A stretch of 63,396 nt of DNA, filler included, from Chrysochromulina tobinii (taxonomy: Eukaryota): the NCBI GenBank assembly GCA_001275005.1. It is 9 parts of 9 records of this genome, joined end to end, with 100 filler letters (N's around TTAATTAATTAA, not from the genome) between each part and the next. Parts side by side here need not be neighbours in the genome. Positions count along the whole stretch, not along the records: positions 53,417 to 57,824 come from JWZX01001341.1; positions 57,925 to 61,355 come from JWZX01001348.1; positions 61,456 to 63,396 come from JWZX01001371.1; 6 more parts are not named here. One strand, given 5' to 3'. The notes below the pieces were generated by a model. That model was not told the origin of the DNA. It worked only from the letters and a program-made list of their open reading frames with translations, and made no database searches. Position numbers and translations under genes: made by a program. Shown here in pieces: positions 56,213-63,396 of the stretch (positions are counted from its first letter, which is position 1; every line of letters starts with the position of its first letter).

Positions 56213-57824
56213 ATGGAATTGAAGGAATTGAGGGCAAAAAGACGCGACGGCCTGAGTGTCAAGGCTCGTCGCAAGCAGTCCGAGCGTCTGCCGAGCGACA
56301 TCCATGCAGATCACGATGAAGAACATTCCGCTGCTGAAGATTCCGTCGCCGAGGTTGCCGAAGAGGACGCTTCCTTGGACGCCCTGGCTCGGCATGCCTT
56401 CAACGCTGATGATGCGCAGGGCGATGATGGCGACGTGAAAGCTGTTGCGCCCGTGCGCATAACCAACGTGGCGAAGGTTCTATTTGTGCTCGCAGCTTGC
56501 ATCGGGGCGTTCTTCTTGGGCAGCTCGGCGTTGAGGTCCATTCAATTGCACAGCGCAGAGGGGCATACCTCAATGCTCGCCGCCGCAAGCGCACCAGCTC
56601 CAGCGCCATCTTTAGCTGGTGCCAACCACTCCTTGAACGCCACGGGGACCCTGCTGCAGCCGCCGGCAGCTCTGCCTTCCTCGGCTCTGCCGCCTTCGCC
56701 TCCCGAAGCAGGCACGCCGCCCAGGCCAACGCAGACATCGCTGCCACCATCGTCAAGGCTCGCATCGCCGCCATCTTCGACATCGCCTGTATCACCGCCA
56801 TCTTTGCATCTGCCTCAGCCAGGGCCAACGCAGGCATCGCTGCCACCATCGCCAAGGCTCGCATCGCCGCCATCTTCGACATCGCCTGTATCACCGCCAT
56901 CTTTGCATCTGCCTCAGCCACCACCGTCGCCGCCGCAACTCCCACATCCCATTTCGACGCTGGTCGATATTCGGCGTGTTAGAGCCTCGTTGAGCAGCAC
57001 GCTTGAGCGGTATGCGGCGTCTTTGTGCATGGACGACGATCTACCAATTTTTGCCATTCCTCGGAACGAGTCACTGACCCTTGGCTCTCCATTGAGATCG
57101 CTGCGGACTCCAATCCTGTCTCTCACGTGTGGATCGTGAACCGCCCGTTGAGTCAGGAACGGCTGGCGGCCTTTGAAGTGTGGGTGGGGGACGAGCAGGG
57201 GGCGCACACCTCCCCGGCGCGGCGCTGTGCCTCTATGGTGGCGCACACGCTGACGCCAGAACCCCTCCTGGTCGCCTGCCACGCGGTCGGAAAGTTCATT
57301 ACGGTGGTTCTTCCAGGTGAGGGGCGCACGCTCAACCTGGCCGAAGTGCGAGTGCTGAGGGACCCGACACCCCCTCAGCCCCCGGCATCTCCACCTTCGC
57401 CACCACAACCGCCGGAGCCTCCCGTAACTCCGCCGCCACAATCGCCGCCGTCGTTCCCTGCAGGCCCTTGTCAGCCCCGACAAGTGTGCGTAGGGCTCTC
57501 AACATGCGAATGGCCTGAGGCCACCCATGTACCCTTCCGATCGGGTTGGCATACGAGCACGCTCTGGGGGCGAGGGATCCCGGTAGCTGTGAATACGAGC
57601 GAACTTTGCCCAAGATGCGGATGCCAGGATGCCGCCGAGCACACGCTGTTGACATGCGAAAAAACTCTGATCGTGAATAGGGCTGATGCCAGCGGATTCG
57701 GGTCGCTTGTCAACACTGCCGTGGCACACGCCGTTGCCGCTTTGGGCAACGGGCATGGCTTTCAGATGTCCGACATGATATGCGCATCGGAGGATAAAGG
57801 GAAGCCACACTGCTTCTATCAACC
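56213..57824 (+). CDS. Type II membrane protein with Pro-rich stalk, F-type-lectin/galactose-binding-like domain and possible glycosyltransferase start. Frameshift at about 57042, 3' truncated
   Basis: TM VLFVLAACIGAFFLG. YAASLCMDDDL, then in another frame TNFCHS..DPWLSIEI..VWIVNR..ERLAAFEVWVG..LNLAEVRV, and later SGFGSLVN. Confidence 0.6.
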
Positions 57825-57924
57825 NNNNNNNNNNNNNNNNNNNNNNNNNNNNNNNNNNNNNNNNNNNNTTAATTAATTAANNNNNNNNNNNNNNNNNNNN
57901 NNNNNNNNNNNNNNNNNNNNNNNN
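57825..57924. other. Artificial contig linker
   Basis: N run containing TTAATTAATTAA. Confidence 0.98.
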
Positions 57925-58259
57925 CCGTCGCGGTCGAGCCACGCTCAAGCGTTTTGAGGATCTGGTGACCTGGCAACACTGCCGGTCATGGTCCGCTTCG
58001 CTACCGACCCCGGTACAGCCCATACTCTCGACGAGACGAGCGCCTTTCGCGGCGCCCACGTCGCCATCTTCGAAGACGATGACAAGGGCACTGCGCTGAA
58101 GGCGCTGGTACCGTCGCTCTCATGGATGGTCGCAGACGGCGCGCCAGCGCTGCCGTTTGGCGAGGTCGCCGACTTCATGCTGCGCGTCATGACGTGGCAA
58201 GCAGCCGACCGGGCAACGCAGCGCCTCGTCATCACGTCCGCTCCATCCATCGCCCCAAT

Positions 58260-61200
58260 CAACCGCTGCTTGAAGCTCGGGCGGCACCGGCCGCTGCTCG
58301 GCATGCACGCAGCTGACCTGACTGAAGGGCATGCGCAAGGGCATGACGCTCGCCGCCGCCAGCGGTTTCATCTCGCTCTCCATCTTGGCCGCTGCCTTCG
58401 CCCTCTGACAGGGCAACACAGGCTGCTGCCTTCGCCCTCTGACAGGGCAACACAGGCTGCTGCTCGGCGCGCACGCAGCTGATCGCCCTGCCGGGCGTGA
58501 CGCTCGCCGCCAGCGGCTTCAGCTTGTTCTTCATCTGAGCAACTTTGCCCTCTGCTTGGGCAGCACAGGCTGCTGCTCGGCGCGCACGCAGCTGATCGCC
58601 CTGACGGGCGTGACGCTCGCCACCAGCGACTTCAGCTCGCTCTCCGTCTCGGCTGCTGTTTTCGTTCTCGGCTGGGGCAGCACGGGCCGCTGCTCAGCGC
58701 GCACTCAGCTGATCGCCCTGCCGGGCATGACGCTCGCCGCTGCCAGCGGCTTCAGCTCGCTCTCCATCTCAGCCGCTGCCATCGTTCTCGGCGCTCAGGG
58801 CGCGCGCAGCTGATCGCCCTGTCGGGCGTGACGCTCGCCGCTGCCAGCAGCTTCAGCTCGCTCTCCATCTCAGCCGCTGCTTTCGTTCTCGGCTTGGGCA
58901 GCACGGGCTGCTGCTCGGCGCGTACGCAGCTGATCGCCCTGCCGGGCATGACGCTCGCCGCCAGCGGCTTCAGCTCGCTCTCCATCCCTGCCGCTGCTTT
59001 TGCCCTCGGCTTGGGAAGCACAGGCTGCTGCTCTGCTCACGCAGCTGATAGCCCTGCCAGGCAAGACGCTCACCGCTGCCAGCAGCTCCAGCTCGCTCTC
59101 CATCTCCACGCAGGTTATCGCCCTGCCGGGCACGACGCTCGCGGCTGCCAGCAGCTTCAGCTCGCTCTCCATCTCAGCCGCTGCTTTCGTTCTCGGCCAG
59201 GGCAGAAAAGGCTGCTGCTCGGCGCGTACACAGCTGATCGCCCAGACGGGCGTCACGCTCGCCACCGCCAGCGGCTTCAGCTCACTTTCCATCCCAGCCG
59301 CTGCTTTTGCTCTGCTCTTGGCTTGAGTAGCACAGGCTGCTGCTCGGCGCGCTCCCAGCTGATCGCCCTGACGGGCGTGACGCTCGCCGCCACCAGCGGC
59401 TTCGGATAGCTTTACATCGCGGCTGCTGTTTTCCCTTTCTGAATGGGCAGCCTGCTCGGCGCAAGCAGCTGATCGCCCTGCCGGGCATGATGCTGCCACC
59501 AGCTGCTCCAGCTCGCTCTCCATCTCAGCCGCTGCTTTCGTTCTCGGCTTGGGCAGCACGGGCTGCTGCTCGGTGCATACGCGGCTGATCGCCCAGACGG
59601 GCGTCACGCTCGCCGCCACCTGCTGCTCCAGCTCGCTCTCCATCTCTGCCGCTGCTTTCGTTCTCGGCTTGGGCAGCACGGGCTGCTGCTCGGTGCACAC
59701 GCGGCTGATCGCCCAGACGGGCGTCACGCTTGCTGCTGCCAGCAGCTTCAGCTCGCTCTCCATCTCAGCCGCCGCTTTCGTTCTCGGCTTGGGCAGCACA
59801 GGCTGCTGCTCGGTGCATACGCGGCTGATCGCCCTGACGGGCGTCACGCTCGCCGCCGCCAGCGGCTCCAGCTCGCTCTCCATCTCAGCCGCTGCTTCGT
59901 TCTCGGCTTGGGCAGCACGGGCTGCTTCTCGGCGCTTACGCGGCTGCCCGCCCAGACGGCCATCACGCTCGCGGCCACCAGCGGCTCCAGCTCGCTCTCC
60001 ATCTCAGCCGCTGCTTTCGTTCTCGGCTTGGGCAGCACGGGCTGCTGCTCGGCGCACACGCGGCTGATCGCCCTGACGGGCGTCACGCTCGCTGCTGCCA
60101 GCAGCCTCAGCTCGCTCTTCATCTCAGCCGCTGCTTTCGTTCTCGGCTTGGGCAGCACAGGCTGCTGCTCGGCGCGTACGCGGCTGATCGCCCAGACGGG
60201 CGTCACGCTCGCCGCCACCAGCAGCTTCAGCTCGCTCTCCATCTCAGCCGCTGCTTTCGTTCTCGGCTTGGGCAGCACGGGCTGCTGCTCGGCGCATACG
60301 CGGCTGCTCGGTGCATACGCGGCTGATCGCCCAGACGGGCGTCACGCTCGCCGCCACCAGCGACTCCAGCTCGCTTCACATCGCGGCCGCTGCTTTCCCT
60401 TCCGGGATGGGCGGCACATGCTGCTGCTCTGTGCACGCAGGTTATCGCCCTGCCGGGCACGACGCTCGCGGCTGCCAGCAGCTTCAGCTCGCTCTCCATC
60501 TCAACCGCTGCTTTCGTTCTCGGCCAGGGCAGAAAAGGCTGCTGCTCGGCGCGTACACAGCTGATGGCCCAGACGGGCGTCACGCTCGCCACCGCCAGCG
60601 GCTTCAGCTCACTTTCCATCCCAGCCGCTGCTTTTGCTCTTGGCTTGAGTAGCACAGGCTGCTGCTCGGCGCGCTCCCAGCTGATCACCCTGACGGGCGT
60701 GACGCTCGCCACCACCAGCGGCTTCGGATAGCTTTACATCGCGGCTGCTGCTCTCCCTTTCTGAATGGGCAGCCTGCTCGGCGCAAGCAGCTGATCGCCC
60801 TGCCGGGCATGATGCTGTCGCCAGCGGCTTCAGCTCGCTCTCCATCTCAGCCGCTGCTTTCGTTCTCAGCTTGGGCAGCACGGGCTGCTGCTCGGCGCAT
60901 ACGCGGCTGATCGCCCAGACGGGCGTCACGCTTGCTGCTGCCAGCAGCTTCAGCTCGCTCTCCATCTCAGCCGCTGCTTTCGTTCTCGGCTTGGGCAGCA
61001 CAGGCTGCTGCTTGGCGCGTACGCGGCTGATCGCCCAGACGGGCGTCACGCTCGCTGCTCCCAGCGGCTTCAGCTCGCTCTCCATCTCAGCCGCTGATAT
61101 CGTTCTCGGCTTGGGCGGCACAGGCTGCTGCTCGGCGCACGCAGCTGTTAGCCCTGCCAGGCATGACGCTCGCCGCGACAAGCGGCTCCAGCTCGTTCTC

Positions 61201-61355
61201 CATCTCAGCCGCTGATATCGTTCTCAGCTTGGGCAGCACAGGCTGCTGCTCGGCGCGTGCACAGCTGATGGCCCAGACGGGCATCACGCTCGCTGCTGCC
61301 AGCAGCTTCAGCTCACTCTCCATCTCAGCCGCTGCTTTCGTTCTCGGCTTGGGCG
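58260..61355. repeat. 120-bp tandem satellite, about 25 units
   Basis: catctc(a/t)gccgc recurs at 59521, 59641, 59761, 59881. Units degrade toward 58260. Confidence 0.95.
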
Positions 61356-61455
61356 NNNNNNNNNNNNNNNNNNNNNNNNNNNNNNNNNNNNNNNNNNNNT
61401 TAATTAATTAANNNNNNNNNNNNNNNNNNNNNNNNNNNNNNNNNNNNNNNNNNNN
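61356..61455. other. Artificial contig linker
   Basis: N run containing TTAATTAATTAA. Confidence 0.98.
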
Positions 61456-63095
61456 ATCCAGCGCTGCGCCTCGGGGACGACGTCGTACGTGGTGTGCGGC
61501 CCGAGGGCATGTGCGCGAATCCGGCACTCCAGCGTCTCAAAGTCCATCAGCAAGTTGCCGTCGCAGAGCGAGTTCCATTCGGCAACCAGCATCGGGGGGA
61601 GGACGGCCGTCATCCCCGGCGAGAGGATCGAGCGGCAGGCGAGGTCCCCAAGCCAGGCGGGTCCGTGCGGCGCGATCCGAGCCGCGATGAACTGGACCAG
61701 GGGCACCCCGGGGATGCCCGATTTGAAGCCGAGGAGTGCATGCCACAGAAGGATCTCGCGCGAGCGGAAGATCGCCGTGATGATCACAAACGGGTGCTCG
61801 CCTGGGACCGCCGGGGGGACGCCATTCGGGCCAGCCGGGGTACCGTAGCACAGCCGCTCGAAGAGGGCCTGCACCACGCCGAATGCCGCCGAGTTGAGCT
61901 TCCCACGCAGAGCCAGGTTGTGGGCAGCGGGGTAGCCGGTGCCTCCCGCGCGCGTGCCCACGCTACCGGCAGCGGCAGGCGCGTCGCGGGGGTTGGCGGT
62001 CTCTCGCTGCAGGGCGACCGTGTGCTCCGCGAGCAAGATCGAGACCCGGTCTGCCGACGGGATGCCAACCACGTCGGGGCGGCGCATTCTGTCAGCCAGG
62101 TAGAAGAGCCGCCGATTGGTGGATTCGACGGAATCCAGCGACAGGGTGACCCGTCCGAGCACTGCCCGTTCGATCTCCCCGATCAGCCGGAGAGCTTCCG
62201 CGCCGTTGACCGCCCCGGGCTCGATGGCCAGCCCGAGCACGTCCATGTGCGCCAGCACGCAGTCGATGTTGCTGGCGCCCAGAGCGTCGGGTCTGGCCAT
62301 TCGGGCGATGTGGGCGAGGCGGGCGGCGCCCGTGTTGAGCAGGTCGGCCAGCATTGGATCTGGTGCGCGAGAGATAATGTAATCGACGGCTCCCTTGGAG
62401 CGATCGGCCACTGGGATCAGGGCAATGAACGCGGCCGGGAGGTTGCCGTCAACGATCTGCAGCGCGGGGAAGAATAGGAAGTCGAAGCCCCTGCCGGCCA
62501 CGCGCTCAGCAGGCAGCACGCGCGGGAGCAGCACGGTCTCCGCGTCGGCCAGCGGCTCGAAAGTCCCGTCGCCCGAGACAAACCACAGCAGGCATGCGAC
62601 GGCCGCCTCGGGCGGTACGCATACGGGCTGCACCACTGCGGCGCCACCAGCCGCTGGAACCAGCGGGGGCGTCTGTGTGACCGGGTATAGGTCCGCCGCC
62701 ATGACCAGGAACGGAGCGGGGTCAAGCAAGAAGAGGCGCATCCCCGCCCGCTTGACTCTCGCCCGTGCGACCGACGGCGTGCAAGGCGACGTGTCAAGCC
62801 CCCCCAAGATGCAGCGCTCGAACGCCACCCCAAGGCGCTGTACGTGGATGAGGGCGTCGGCCAGCAGCGTCGCGGGGGCAATGTCCGCCCCTGGCCTAGT
62901 GATCGGAGTGAAGAGCCAAGCGATCATAGATAGAGGATAGAGGACGAGGCCGCCAGCGCCGGCCATGGATGGGATGGACGGCACCATTCTCTGCAGGGCA
63001 AGGGCGGGGCCCGTGGCGACCACGTGATGATCCGCCCGAGCGACACGGGTCTGCTGCACGTTGAGTCCAGGGTGCGGAGTAAAGTCGAATGGCAT
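61456..63095 (-). CDS. Hypothetical protein (>545 aa, 3' truncated), possibly ORF1/gag-like of a retroelement
   Basis: Intron-less open frame from ATG 63095 preceded by tandem repeats. No diagnostic motif. Confidence 0.5.
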
Positions 63096-63214
63096 CTTGA
63101 TGCCGTTCGTTGCCGAGTTGTGCGAGGCGCGCGCTGGCTTCGCCCTGAAAAGGGGGGAGCCTGCGTTGCTCGAGTCGAGAGTGTCCCGGAGGGAAGTTCT
63201 CGAAGGTGCCCCAG

Positions 63215-63396
63215 ACACGGAGGAACCGTACCTGAGCACGCGCACGCGAAAGCGACCACGAACACGGAGGAACCGTACCTGAGCACGCGCACGCGAAAGC
63301 GACCACGAGACCACATGCTCGCGCTACAGATACTGGGCATGCGCGGGCGGCGACGCAAAAGCGGCGCCGCATACCTGAGCACGCGCACGCGAAAGC
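63215..63396. repeat. 47-bp tandem repeat (2 full copies plus a partial)
   Basis: acacggaggaaccgtacctgagcacgcgcacgcgaaagcgaccacga at 63215 and 63262, partial copy at about 63373. Confidence 0.9.

Overview
High-GC eukaryotic genomic DNA, most consistent with a haptophyte alga (Chrysochromulina-like; inferred from GC content, satellite-filled introns and gene content). The window is nine separate contigs joined by artificial 100-nt N/TTAATTAATTAA/N linkers, so adjacency across linkers means nothing. Recognisable genes: alkaline ceramidase, a phytyl-ester-synthase-like hydrolase/acyltransferase, a >3,300-aa armadillo-repeat protein with four EF-hands, a PH-domain protein, an NAD-dependent epimerase/SDR, BOP1/ERB1, ARL2, a short phytochelatin synthase and a TMTC-like TPR membrane protein. 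The last four contigs are dominated by tyrosine-recombinase (DIRS/Ngaro-like) retroelement pieces, an ORF with a C5-DNA-methyltransferase motif I, a frameshifted F-type-lectin-like gene and a 120-bp satellite. Best leads: (1) a single-pass receptor with SEA-like/TM/TIR/protein-kinase architecture that keeps the TIR catalytic Glu; (2) introns built from duplicated exon flanks plus satellite or telomere-like filler, suggesting an intron-creating or intron-remodelling process; (3) a DNMT-motif ORF and a YR retroelement with a split-direct-repeat end; (4) several two-orientation motif arrays. All domain calls come from motifs read by eye; no searches were run.
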